Below, in pieces: positions 30,229 through 39,851 of a stretch of DNA of 64,000 nucleotides. This DNA comes from Minisyncoccota bacterium. GTDB lineage: Bacteria > Patescibacteriota > Minisyncoccia > Phycocordibacterales > UBA9973. The stretch is taken from assembly GCA_028718635.1 (NCBI GenBank), contig JAQULK010000001.1, positions 479,755 to 543,754 of the forward strand, read 5' to 3'. The translations under genes were made by a program, and so were the position numbers. Each line of letters starts with the position of its first letter. Position 1 is the first letter of the stretch. A model generated the notes under the pieces. That model did no database searches and was not told the DNA's origin. It saw only the letters and a program-made list of their open reading frames with translations.

Positions 30229-31779
30229 TTATTCAAATTCCGTTGTGGCTGGAGGTTTTGGGGTCATATCAAAAAATACACGGACAATACCTTTATGTTT
30301 TGTGAGAGCATTTGTGATTTCATTTACAATTTCTTCCGAGAAGTAATAGCCTTTAGCTGTCATAAAATCCACAGTCTGCACGGCACGGATAGCAAGAGAA
30401 TGTCCGTAAACTCTTTCATCGCCTTTTACGCCAACGGAATTAACCCCAAGAAGAGCGACAATGAGTTGGGAAATATCTTTTGTAACATCGTATTTTTTTA
30501 AAATATCATTTACTGTTTTGTCTGCTTCTCGCACAAGGTCAAGCTTTTCTTTTGAAACTGGCGTACCGACAATTCTTAAAAATAAACCGGGACCAGGGAA
30601 AGGATTACGTTCAGAAATACTTTTTGGAAGTTTAAGTGCGCGAGCAAGTTCTCGAACTTCATATTTAAATAAATTTCTAAAAGGATGCAAGTCTTCCACT
30701 TTCCAATTAAGGCCTACATTGTGATGAGTCTTTATCATTGCTGACTTCCCTGCTTTCCCACTTTCAATAATATCTGTAGCTAAAGTTCCTTGAATTATAT
30801 ACTTTGCGCCGGTTTTTTTAATTTGTTCTTCAAAAATTCTTTGATATACAGTGCGAAACTCAGCTCTTTTTCTCTCTCCATCAATAGTTTTCCCGATATT
30901 TTTTATAAATTCTTTCTCAGTAGAAATTACCTTAAGGTTTTTTATGCCAGCATTTTTAGTATTACTTTTTAATTCTAAAATTTCGTTTTTTCTCAATCCT
31001 CCAGTATCTATGGCGACACAGATGAGCCTACTCCCTAAAACTGGAGCGAGGACGGCAGCTAAAGTAGTGGAATCTACTCCTCCCGAAACTCCCAGGATAA
31101 CTTTTTCATTCCCGCCACGGCGGGCAGGCTTTTTTACAATATTTAAAACTTCTTTTTGAATTTCATGGATTAGATTTGAAGGATTCCAATCTTTCTTACA
31201 GTCAGCAATATCTAAGAAATTCTGCAATATTTTTTTACCTTCTTTTGTATCGGCCACTTCCGGATGAAATTGAATTCCGAGCACCCGATTATTTTTATTG
31301 CTCATGGCGTTTATTCCGCCTGAAGTGGCAATAGAGATAAAACCTTTTGGAAGTTTAGTAACAGTATCTCCGTGGCTTGCCCAGACTTGCGTCTTTTTAG
31401 GAACTCCATTGAAAAGCGGATGAGTTGTGTTTAAGGTAACTAGAGTTGGTCCATATTCACGATGAGCAAGAGGCCTTTCGACTTTTCCGCCATTTTGATG
31501 AGCTAAAAGTTGCATACCATAACAGATTCCTAAAATTAAATATTTATCATTTTTTTCGCTAGTGTTTAGATTTTTTGGCAATCCTGGCGCTCCTTCATTG
31601 TGAACACTCCAATTACTACCTGAGAGAATGACTGCTTTTGGGGTGTTGTTTTTGAGCCATCTGTCTGCTTTATTTGGAGGTAATATAATGCTTCGCACTC
31701 CGAGTTCGCGTAAAGTTCTGCCGATCACTAAAGTGTATTGCGACCCGTAGTCCACAATCAAGATTTGTATATCATTCAT
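30229..31779 (-). CDS. guaA: GMP synthase (glutamine-hydrolysing)
   Basis: DYGSQY, GICYGMQ, QFHPEV, SGGVDS, KPPATTEFE. Confidence 0.97.
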   Translation of the reverse strand: MNDIQILIVDYGSQYTLVIGRTLRELGVRSIILPPNKADRWLKNNTPKAVILSGSNWSVHNEGAPGLPKNLNTSEKNDKYLILGICYGMQLLAHQNGGKVERPLAHREYGPTLVTLNTTHPLFNGVPKKTQVWASHGDTVTKLPKGFISIATSGGINAMSNKNNRVLGIQFHPEVADTKEGKKILQNFLDIADCKKDWNPSNLIHEIQKEVLNIVKKPARRGGNEKVILGVSGGVDSTTLAAVLAPVLGSRLICVAIDTGGLRKNEILELKSNTKNAGIKNLKVISTEKEFIKNIGKTIDGERKRAEFRTVYQRIFEEQIKKTGAKYIIQGTLATDIIESGKAGKSAMIKTHHNVGLNWKVEDLHPFRNLFKYEVRELARALKLPKSISERNPFPGPGLFLRIVGTPVSKEKLDLVREADKTVNDILKKYDVTKDISQLIVALLGVNSVGVKGDERVYGHSLAIRAVQTVDFMTAKGYYFSEEIVNEITNALTKHKGIVRVFFDMTPKPPATTEFE

Positions 31780-31804
31780 AGTATGGTATTATACACGATA
31801 TATT

Positions 31805-33331
31805 ATGGCTTTGAAAGCGAAAAAAATTATAACCGAAATTAAAACAAAAATTGGAAAAAACATCCAAAGAGAAAATTTTAAAGAAGGCCTCACGTATGAC
31901 GATGTTTTGCTCGTGCCTCAATACTCGGAAGTCTTGCCTCGGAATGTTGATATTTCTTCTAAGCTTACAAAAAAAATTACGCTTAGCGTTCCGATTGTTT
32001 CTGCTGCCATGGATATGGTGACTGAAGCCGCTATGGCCATAGCTATGGCTCAAGAAGGAGGCATAGGAATTATCCATAAAAATATGGATATAGAAAAACA
32101 AGCAAAAGAGGTTCGTAAAGTTAAGCGTTCTGAAAGCGGTATGATCCATGACCCTATAACTTTGACAGAAGATTCATTATTGAGTGAAGCTCTAGCTATT
32201 ATGAAGGAACATAAAATCGGCGGTATCCCAATAATTAATGAAAATAAAGAATTAAAAGGAATTTTAACCAATCGCGATTTGCGATTTCAGGAAAATCTAG
32301 AGCTTCGAGTGAGCGCAGTTATGACCAAGGAAAACTTGATTACTGGAAGTATGGGTATGAATTTAAAAGATGCTGAAAAAATACTGACAGAACACAAAGT
32401 TGAAAAACTGCCATTGATTGATGGTAAAAACAGACTCATTGGTCTTATCACTTACAAAGATATAATGAAAGTAAAATCTCGACCGAAATCTTCTCGGGAC
32501 AATTTAGGCCGCTTGCGTGTCGGCGCGGCAGTCGGAGTGTCAGATGACACACCCGAGCGAGTAAAAGCGCTTCTGCAAAATGGAGTAGACGTAATTGTCA
32601 TTGATACGGCTCACGGCCACTCAAAAGGAGTGATCGAGATGCTGAAGAAAATTAAAAAAGAGTTTCCTAAATTGGAAGTCATTGTTGGAAATATTGCTAC
32701 CAAGGAAGCAGCTTTGGATTTAGTAAAAGCCGGAGCAGATGCGATAAAAGTCGGCATTGGACCAGGTTCGATTTGCACTACTCGAATAATCGCAGGAGTG
32801 GGTTTTCCCCAATTTTCTGCCGTGTATGAAATAGCCGAGGCTATCAAGGGTTCGGGTATACCCATAATCGCCGATGGGGGTATAAAACACACTGGAGACC
32901 TCACAAAGGCGATCGCAGCTGGGGCAAGCTCAGTGATGGCTGGTTCACTATTTGCTGGAGTTGAAGAATCCCCCGGCGAAGTAATTATTTTTGAATCCAG
33001 AAAATATAAAGCATATCGCGGGATGGGTTCTATTGAAGCTATGCAACTCGGATCAAAAGACAGGTATTTCCAAGATATGGAAAATGACATAAAAAAACTT
33101 GTACCGGAAGGAATCGTGGGTAGAGTTTCTTTCAAAGGATCGTTGTCGGAAGTAATTTATCAGCTCGTGGGAGGGCTAAGAGCTGGTATGGGATATTGCG
33201 GAGCACCCAATATAAAAACTCTTCAAGATAAAGCTAGATTTGTTAAAATTACTTATGCTGGTATAAAAGAAAGTCATCCTCATGACGTCGTAATTACAAA
33301 AGAATCTCCTAACTATAGTATCGGACAGTAA
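31805..33331 (+). CDS. guaB: IMP dehydrogenase
   Basis: CBS pair, GIGPGSICTTR, YRGMGS. Confidence 0.97.
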   Translation: MALKAKKIITEIKTKIGKNIQRENFKEGLTYDDVLLVPQYSEVLPRNVDISSKLTKKITLSVPIVSAAMDMVTEAAMAIAMAQEGGIGIIHKNMDIEKQAKEVRKVKRSESGMIHDPITLTEDSLLSEALAIMKEHKIGGIPIINENKELKGILTNRDLRFQENLELRVSAVMTKENLITGSMGMNLKDAEKILTEHKVEKLPLIDGKNRLIGLITYKDIMKVKSRPKSSRDNLGRLRVGAAVGVSDDTPERVKALLQNGVDVIVIDTAHGHSKGVIEMLKKIKKEFPKLEVIVGNIATKEAALDLVKAGADAIKVGIGPGSICTTRIIAGVGFPQFSAVYEIAEAIKGSGIPIIADGGIKHTGDLTKAIAAGASSVMAGSLFAGVEESPGEVIIFESRKYKAYRGMGSIEAMQLGSKDRYFQDMENDIKKLVPEGIVGRVSFKGSLSEVIYQLVGGLRAGMGYCGAPNIKTLQDKARFVKITYAGIKESHPHDVVITKESPNYSIGQ

Positions 33332-33350
33332 ATAATTTTAAATTAATTTA

Positions 33351-34739
33351 ATGTCTAGAAAAAAAGAATCTAAAAATATAAAACCCCACTTGACTTCCCA
33401 TATCGGAAGCAAGCGAGGTTTTATAGATGTAGTCGTAGGTCTTCAATGGGGCGATGAAGGAAAAGGTAAAAATATTGATCAACTTTTATCTAGTGGTATT
33501 TATGGGGCTGTCGCTCGTTTCCAAGGCGGAGCTAATGCAGGGCATACTCTCAAATTAGGCAAAACCACTTTCATTGGCCATATTGTTCCGTCCGGATGTC
33601 TTCACAAGAAAGTAGAATTGTATATTGGCAATGGCGTGGTGGTTGATGCTCTGTCTTTAGTCACAGAAATTTCTCAATTGAAAAGTTTAGGTTTCGATGT
33701 TGCTCCCCGTCTTTATATTTCCAATCGCGCAAAATTGGTCTCATATCTGCATCCTTTTTTAGACCAGGCGGAAGAGCATCGTCGAGGTAAATTAAAACAA
33801 AAACTAGGAACAAGAATAGGCACTACAGCGAGAGGCATAGGGCCAGTTTACAGTGATGCGCGAGCAAGAAGAGCGCTCTCCGTCGGCGACATATTATTGC
33901 CGGATTTTGAAAATAAAGAATTAATTTTGTCAGAATTCCATATGAATCTTTTGAATATGTATAAAGAAAAATATGGTTTTGAAATTGACCTTAAAAAAAT
34001 TAAAGAGGCTAAAAAGAAATGGCTCGAAGCTGTGAAAAAAATCAAAAAACTTAAGATTTGCGATCTGTCATCTTTTATACAAAAAAGACTTAAAGAAGGG
34101 AAAAATATTTTAGCTGAAGGCGCGCAGGCGGTGATGCTAGATATTAATTTTGGAGATTATCCGAATGTAACAAGCAGTAATACCCTACCAGCGAGCGTTT
34201 GCTTGGGTTTGGGCATTCCTCACACTTATCTGCGGAATGTATATGGTGTGATAAAAGCTTATACGACCAAAGTGGGCGGTGGGAGCTTCCCTGCTAGAAT
34301 TAAAGATCCTGAATTAGAAAAGCTTTTCCAAAATGCGGGCTGTGAATTCGGATCGACGACTGGACGGCCTAGAATGTGCGGTTGGCTTGATTTATTTGCC
34401 TTGCGTTATGCCATAGAACTTTCTGGAGCTAATAAGATTTTTATTAATAAGGCTGATATTTGTCCAAGTGATAAAATAAAAGTTGTCAACGGGTATAAAA
34501 GCAGCAATAAAGTTTTGAAAGATTTTCCACTTTACCTAAATAAGGTGACCGATGTAATTACAGAAGAAATATCTGGCTGGGGCAATGCCAACTTTGGTGT
34601 TAATGATAAAAAAAGAGTATCCAAAGAGCTCGTTTCTTATTTAAAATATATAAAAAGTAAACTCTCCGACCTAGATCTAAAAATTATCTCCGTCGGCACA
34701 GGCCCAGACCGAGATCAATTTTTCAAATGGGATAATTAA
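33351..34739 (+). CDS. purA: Adenylosuccinate synthetase
   Basis: QWGDEGKGK, GGANAGHT, EFGSTTGRPR. Confidence 0.96.
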   Translation: MSRKKESKNIKPHLTSHIGSKRGFIDVVVGLQWGDEGKGKNIDQLLSSGIYGAVARFQGGANAGHTLKLGKTTFIGHIVPSGCLHKKVELYIGNGVVVDALSLVTEISQLKSLGFDVAPRLYISNRAKLVSYLHPFLDQAEEHRRGKLKQKLGTRIGTTARGIGPVYSDARARRALSVGDILLPDFENKELILSEFHMNLLNMYKEKYGFEIDLKKIKEAKKKWLEAVKKIKKLKICDLSSFIQKRLKEGKNILAEGAQAVMLDINFGDYPNVTSSNTLPASVCLGLGIPHTYLRNVYGVIKAYTTKVGGGSFPARIKDPELEKLFQNAGCEFGSTTGRPRMCGWLDLFALRYAIELSGANKIFINKADICPSDKIKVVNGYKSSNKVLKDFPLYLNKVTDVITEEISGWGNANFGVNDKKRVSKELVSYLKYIKSKLSDLDLKIISVGTGPDRDQFFKWDN

Positions 34740-34777
34740 TTTGTGCGAGGTCTTGCTTTGCACAATACCAGAAAATA

Positions 34778-34806
34778 TTGACAAAACAGTCAATATATGT
34801 TATCTT
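34778..34806 (+). promoter_or_regulatory. Sigma70-like promoter for the 34865 ORF
   Basis: TTGACA-17nt-TATCTT, with GGAGG RBS before the ATG. Confidence 0.55.
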
Positions 34807-34864
34807 ATATGCGGATAATGTCAGGTGGTGCGGATAGTACTACCTATAAAAAATTGGAGGGATT

Positions 34865-35311
34865 ATGAAATACTTTTTTGGTGGTGGTTCAGAAAAACTG
34901 TCTGAAAGGAAGATAGGAGAAGATGTGGGAGAATTCATTGATTTTATGTTACTCATTCAACATGCTGGCGAAGATATTTTGTTGACCAGTAATCTGTACC
35001 TAATTGAAACAAATCTTCAACTTTTAATTTCATATTTTTGCCACGTTGAACCTATCAATGTTGCTGATATTAATGTTTTGAAAATAATCAACGAAAGGTA
35101 TCAACACATTATCAAAAGAAATGGTTATAAAAAGGCGCAAAAAGAAGAAGAACTGGCAAATCTTCGAAGGGAAATCAGTGAAATCCTTCAAAAAAATTCT
35201 GTTACAATAATTGACATGTGGGATTTTGGATGTAATCCCTTACACTACCATTCTCTCAGAGATTTCCCTCACAACAAAGGAAATGCTTACCTTGCCTATA
35301 TAGGTAAGTAA
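34865..35311 (+). CDS. Hypothetical protein
   Basis: 148-aa ORF with promoter, RBS and downstream hairpin (35321-35365). Confidence 0.65.
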   Translation: MKYFFGGGSEKLSERKIGEDVGEFIDFMLLIQHAGEDILLTSNLYLIETNLQLLISYFCHVEPINVADINVLKIINERYQHIIKRNGYKKAQKEEELANLRREISEILQKNSVTIIDMWDFGCNPLHYHSLRDFPHNKGNAYLAYIGK

Positions 35312-35416
35312 TCGCTATCAAGCCGTTCTAGAGCTGCGCCGAAAAGCCGCCTGAGGAACGGCTTTTCATTTGGGAAAATAATTTTCTTAGATTATCATAT
35401 ATGATATATTAAGAAA

Positions 35417-36736
35417 TTAAATTTTTTCTGTTTTTAAAGCAGATTGGCCGATGTCTTTGCGGTATTGCATGCCCCTAAATGAAATTTTTTCGATGGCTTT
35501 ATAAGCTTTTGCAAGGGCTTCTTCAAGAGAATTGCCTATAGCTGAAACTCCAAGCACTCGCCCGCCACTCGTAACAAGTTTGCCATTTTCCATTTTAGAG
35601 CCCGCATGAAAGACGACGATGTCGGGTTGCATTTCCGCTTCATCAATACCGGTGATTATTTTCCCCTTTTCATAATTTTCCGGATATCCGCCGGAAGCGA
35701 GCGCAATATTACAAGCGGACACATTTTTCCATTTTATTTCTTGTTCATTTAATTTTTTATCAACACAGGCATTCAAAATTGCTAATAAGTCCGTGTCGAG
35801 CAGTCTCATGTAAACTTGGCATTCTGGATCACCAAAACGGGTATTGAATTCAATAATTTTAGGACCGTCCTTAGTCAGCATTAGGCTCGGATATAAAATT
35901 CCTTCAAAAGGAACTCCATCATCCATCATGCCTTTCAGTGTGGGAGCTATCACTTCCTTTTCTATCCTTTCCATCATCTCCCCGCTCACAAACGGAAGCG
36001 GTCCTATTACCCCCATTCCGCCAGTATTGGGTCCTTTGTCCCCTTCAAAAATTCTTTTGTGATCCTGCGAGCTTGGGAAGATCTTATAATTACTGCCGTC
36101 TGATAAAGCATGAATTGAAATTTCATGGCCGATTAAAAATTCTTCTATCACTACTTCATTGCCGGAATCCCCGAATATTTTCTTTACCATGATTTCCTCA
36201 AGTGCAGTATTTGCCTCTTCAATATTTTGAGCGATGATTACACCCTTACCGAAAGCTAGACCGTCTGCCTTGATAACGATCGGAAATGACTGCCTGCTAA
36301 TGTAATCTTTTGCTTCTTCAAATTTATTGAATATTTTAAATTTGGCTGTCGGTAGATTATGCTTATACATGAAATCTTTTGAAAAAGTTTTAGACCATTC
36401 CAAATGCGCCGCAGCCTTGGTCGGCCCCCAGATCCGCAAATTTGCCTTTCTAAATTCTTCCACTAGGTCAGTAGCCAATACCCCATCCGAAGCAGCGAGG
36501 GTTAAGTCAATATTTTCTTTTTTAGCGAACTCTATCAACTTTGGAATATCCACAGTCTTAATGTCTACATTTATTCCCAATTTCAAAGTACCGGCATTTC
36601 CAGGGGCAAAGAAAATCTGTCCGCACTGCGGTGATTGGGCGATCTTCCATCCCAAGGCATGTTCTCGTCCGCCACCTGCACCGATAATTAAAATTTTTTG
36701 CCTCGCCCCAAGGGCTACGGCCGAGGGTTTTTGCAT
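35417..36736 (-). CDS. purD: Phosphoribosylamine--glycine ligase
   Basis: GGREHAL, KADGLA.GKGV, QDHKR, NTGGMG, EFNTRFGDPE. Confidence 0.97.
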   Translation of the reverse strand: MQKPSAVALGARQKILIIGAGGGREHALGWKIAQSPQCGQIFFAPGNAGTLKLGINVDIKTVDIPKLIEFAKKENIDLTLAASDGVLATDLVEEFRKANLRIWGPTKAAAHLEWSKTFSKDFMYKHNLPTAKFKIFNKFEEAKDYISRQSFPIVIKADGLAFGKGVIIAQNIEEANTALEEIMVKKIFGDSGNEVVIEEFLIGHEISIHALSDGSNYKIFPSSQDHKRIFEGDKGPNTGGMGVIGPLPFVSGEMMERIEKEVIAPTLKGMMDDGVPFEGILYPSLMLTKDGPKIIEFNTRFGDPECQVYMRLLDTDLLAILNACVDKKLNEQEIKWKNVSACNIALASGGYPENYEKGKIITGIDEAEMQPDIVVFHAGSKMENGKLVTSGGRVLGVSAIGNSLEEALAKAYKAIEKISFRGMQYRKDIGQSALKTEKI

Positions 36737-36745
36737 ATTATTTTG

Positions 36746-36856
36746 AATTATGAAACATAACTTTTCGAAGGGGTTTCGAGCGCGACGGCGCGAGAACTTC
36801 AGGATTTTTCAAGTTTCGAAAAATCCGTACCGAAGAAAAGTTTATGTTTTGTAATT
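36746..36856 (-). mobile_element. 111-bp element, family A, copy 4
   Basis: Fills the purN-purD spacer. Confidence 0.9.
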
Positions 36857-36861
36857 AATGA

Positions 36862-37491
36862 TTATTGTGTTAATTCTTGTAATACTTCGACATACAATGC
36901 ATTTTCTTTGATTTTTAATCGCCCATACAAGGACTCAACATTGTCACCTTCCTTGATTTTTTCAAAAGTTCTCCCTAAAACTGGACCAAAATCAAAATTC
37001 AAGGTTAAAAAATGAACCGATGATCCAGCGAAAGTGGCCTTTTTGTCCAAGAAATTAGCAATCGCTTTATCAGTCATCATGCCTTTGTTCCAAAGAGCTT
37101 CTGTTCCGTCTGGATTTTTAAAACTTTCATTAACTGTATCTGGAATTAATCCAGGGTGTAGATTTAAGATCTTATTTGGAAACGCAAGGATTACTTCATC
37201 TAAAATAATTTGTTTCCAGCCAGCCAAACAAATATACGTTGGATCAATTTTTCTTAGAAGCGCGAGCAAATTTTCTTTAGATTCGCAAATCTCAATTTTT
37301 AAATTATTTTTTCGAGCATGCTCTAGGCCTTGAGCCTTTTCAGTATCTGAAACTACTGCACAAATTTCAGCCTTAATTATCCCAGAATTGACTCCATCAA
37401 TTATCGCCTTGAGGTTTGTGCCAGTACCGGCATTAGAAATTAATACGACTAATTTTATTTTATCTGATGTTTTATTTGGTTGAGACATCAT
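36862..37491 (-). CDS. purN: GAR formyltransferase
   Basis: GTGTNL, LAGW, NLHPGLIP, GSSVH, D.GP. Confidence 0.9.
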   Translation of the reverse strand: MMSQPNKTSDKIKLVVLISNAGTGTNLKAIIDGVNSGIIKAEICAVVSDTEKAQGLEHARKNNLKIEICESKENLLALLRKIDPTYICLAGWKQIILDEVILAFPNKILNLHPGLIPDTVNESFKNPDGTEALWNKGMMTDKAIANFLDKKATFAGSSVHFLTLNFDFGPVLGRTFEKIKEGDNVESLYGRLKIKENALYVEVLQELTQ

Positions 37492-38872
37492 ATCTTACAT
37501 CTTTTTTGCGTTCTTTTAAATCAATAGGGTAAATACCAGTAAAGCATGAAGTGGATAATTTATCTTTTGGTAGTCCAATAGCTTTTATTAATCCATCGAG
37601 CGAGAGATAGTGTAGCGACGTAGCTCCCATAAATTTACGAACTTCTTCTACGCTCTTATAAGCTGCTATTAATTCATCTTGGTAGGGAGTATCCATGCCA
37701 TAAAAATCCGGATAGCGGATGGCGGGAGAAGAAATCAAAAGATGCACTTCTTTGGCTCCCGCTTTAAATAAAGTTTTGACTATTTTTTTACAGGTGTGTC
37801 CTCTGACGATAGAATCATCGATGACTATTATTTTTTTTCCTTTCAAGACCTGCGGAAGCGGTATGAGCTTGAGCGCTACGCTGTTTCGCCTGGATTGCTG
37901 ATCAGGTTCGATGAAAGTTCTATGAACATAGCGATTTTTTACTAAAGCCATCTCCATTGGAATACCAGAAGCTTGGCTGAAGCCCATAGCCACCGGTGTT
38001 GCCGTGTCTGGCACAGGTACGACAAGATCAACTTTTTTCTTAAATTCATGGGCTAAAGCTTTTCCGAAGTTTTCTCTAACCTGGTAAACTAATTTACCTG
38101 AGAGTACGCTATCGGGTCGGGCAAAATAAACATATTCAAATATATCGTGTTTTGGATTGGATGGCGCCAATTGGATGCTCTTTAGTCCTTTTTCATTAAT
38201 GACAACCATTTCTCCAGGTTTCACTTCTCTAAAAAATGTCGCCCCGATAGTTTGAAGCGCGCATGATTCTGAAGCAATAACATAACTCCGGCCAAGTTTT
38301 CCTATAGAGAGCGGACGCATTCCATAAGCATCGCGCAGAGCAACTAGAGTATCCTTGGTCATCATCACTAAAGAAAAAGCCCCAGTAAATAACGGGAAGG
38401 CTTTTTTTACAGACTCTGAAATTGAATTCCCCTCTTTAATATAAAAATCGATGGCATCCGCCATCAGCTCTGAATCATTGCGATCTTTTTTTAATGCTTT
38501 TTTTGAAGAAAGAAAATTCTCTAATGCTTTTGTGCTTGGGAGATTTCCATTATGCGCTAGCGCAAAAGATTTTTCTTTGTTTACGACGGGCTGAGCATGA
38601 TTGAGCGCGCCTCCCTTAGAGGTAGAATATCTATTGTGGCCGATAGCAATATTCCCTGTTAGTAATTTTTTTATTATTTTTTCCGTGTAAATTTGGGACA
38701 CGAGTCCTGCACCTTTGTGGGTTTTAAATTTTACTCCATTATTGGTGGTAATTCCGGAAGCTTCTTGACCCCTGTGTTGTAAGGCAAATAAAGCAAAAAA
38801 TGCCAGTCTGGAAATAGGCAAATCCTTACCGTATATCCCTACGATTCCGCACTTTTCTTTTAGTTCACTCAT
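37472..38872 (-). CDS. purF: Amidophosphoribosyltransferase
   Basis: EKCGIVG, LQHRGQE, HNRYST, DDSIVRG. Confidence 0.97.
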   Translation of the reverse strand: MSELKEKCGIVGIYGKDLPISRLAFFALFALQHRGQEASGITTNNGVKFKTHKGAGLVSQIYTEKIIKKLLTGNIAIGHNRYSTSKGGALNHAQPVVNKEKSFALAHNGNLPSTKALENFLSSKKALKKDRNDSELMADAIDFYIKEGNSISESVKKAFPLFTGAFSLVMMTKDTLVALRDAYGMRPLSIGKLGRSYVIASESCALQTIGATFFREVKPGEMVVINEKGLKSIQLAPSNPKHDIFEYVYFARPDSVLSGKLVYQVRENFGKALAHEFKKKVDLVVPVPDTATPVAMGFSQASGIPMEMALVKNRYVHRTFIEPDQQSRRNSVALKLIPLPQVLKGKKIIVIDDSIVRGHTCKKIVKTLFKAGAKEVHLLISSPAIRYPDFYGMDTPYQDELIAAYKSVEEVRKFMGATSLHYLSLDGLIKAIGLPKDKLSTSCFTGIYPIDLKERKKDVRYDVSTK

Positions 38873-38881
38873 AATTTTGTT

Positions 38882-38994
38882 TTAGTTATTTTACATCAAC
38901 TTTTTCCGGTACGGATTTTTTGAAGCTTAAAAAATCCTGAAGTTCTCGCGCCGTCGCGCTCGAAACCCCTCCAAAAGTTATGTAAAATAACTAA
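38882..38994 (+). mobile_element. Family A element, copy 5, with outer arms made of purQ 3' sequence
   Basis: Family A core; outer IR ttagttattttacat/atgtaaaataactaa. Confidence 0.85.
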
Positions 38995-39778
38995 CTGCAT
39001 TTTTAAAAATTTGTAATCCTGCCCCTTCCCTCGGCCATAGCCCTACGGGCGAGGCCTTGGAAACCTTTTTATTAAATTGCCACATTGGATTTTGGTGCGC
39101 AAACATTGCCCTCTCCGGATGTGGCATCATGCCTAGTACTCTGCCATTATATGCTAAAACTCCCGCAATGTCATGTTCCGATCCATTTGGGTTTTTTTCT
39201 AGGTTTTGAAACTCGCAAATTTCTCCATTTGCATATACAAAAGCAATTTCCCCACTTTTTTTCATTTTTAGGTATTCTTTTTGAGAGATTTTATAACGTC
39301 CTTCACCATGAGCTATCGGTAATGATATCTTTCTGATATTTTTTAACCAAGGACTACTTGCCCCGCCATGGCGTGGGGTTCCTTTAGCCTCTAGGTCCAC
39401 CCACCTATCCAAATATTTTCCATTTTTATTATAGGTGAGCGCGCCGGGTAAGATTCCTAAATTTGTCATTATCTGAAACCCATTACAAATGCCTATAGCA
39501 AGAGTATTGCCTGATAAAAATTCTATTAACTCCTTCGCTAAATGATTTTTAAATTTATTTGCGTAAGCTTTCCCGCTTCCTGTGTCGTCTCCATAAGAGA
39601 ATCCCCCAGGGAAAACCAAAATTTGATAACCAGAGAGCATTTTCGGCTTTTTTATCAGATCATTAATATGCACAATATCCACGGCTCCGCCCACTCTCTC
39701 AAAAGCGAATTTTGTTTCTTCTTCGCAATTCAATCCGTATCCAGACATTATTATTATTTTTGGTTTTTTGTTTTTCAT
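38978..39778 (-). CDS. purQ: FGAM synthase glutaminase subunit
   Basis: PGGFSYGD, GICNGFQ, AHGEG, MMPHPER. Confidence 0.96.
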   Translation of the reverse strand: MKNKKPKIIIMSGYGLNCEEETKFAFERVGGAVDIVHINDLIKKPKMLSGYQILVFPGGFSYGDDTGSGKAYANKFKNHLAKELIEFLSGNTLAIGICNGFQIMTNLGILPGALTYNKNGKYLDRWVDLEAKGTPRHGGASSPWLKNIRKISLPIAHGEGRYKISQKEYLKMKKSGEIAFVYANGEICEFQNLEKNPNGSEHDIAGVLAYNGRVLGMMPHPERAMFAHQNPMWQFNKKVSKASPVGLWPREGAGLQIFKNAVSYFT

Positions 39779-39784
39779 GATTTT

Positions 39785-39851
39785 AAATTCTCCTCACCCC
39801 TTTCTTTCCCCTCTCCATTATTGATGTAATGGAGAGGGGCTGGGGAGAGGT
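39785..39851 (-). repeat. Palindromic repeat, family C
   Basis: Reverse complement of 5392-5452. Confidence 0.8.
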
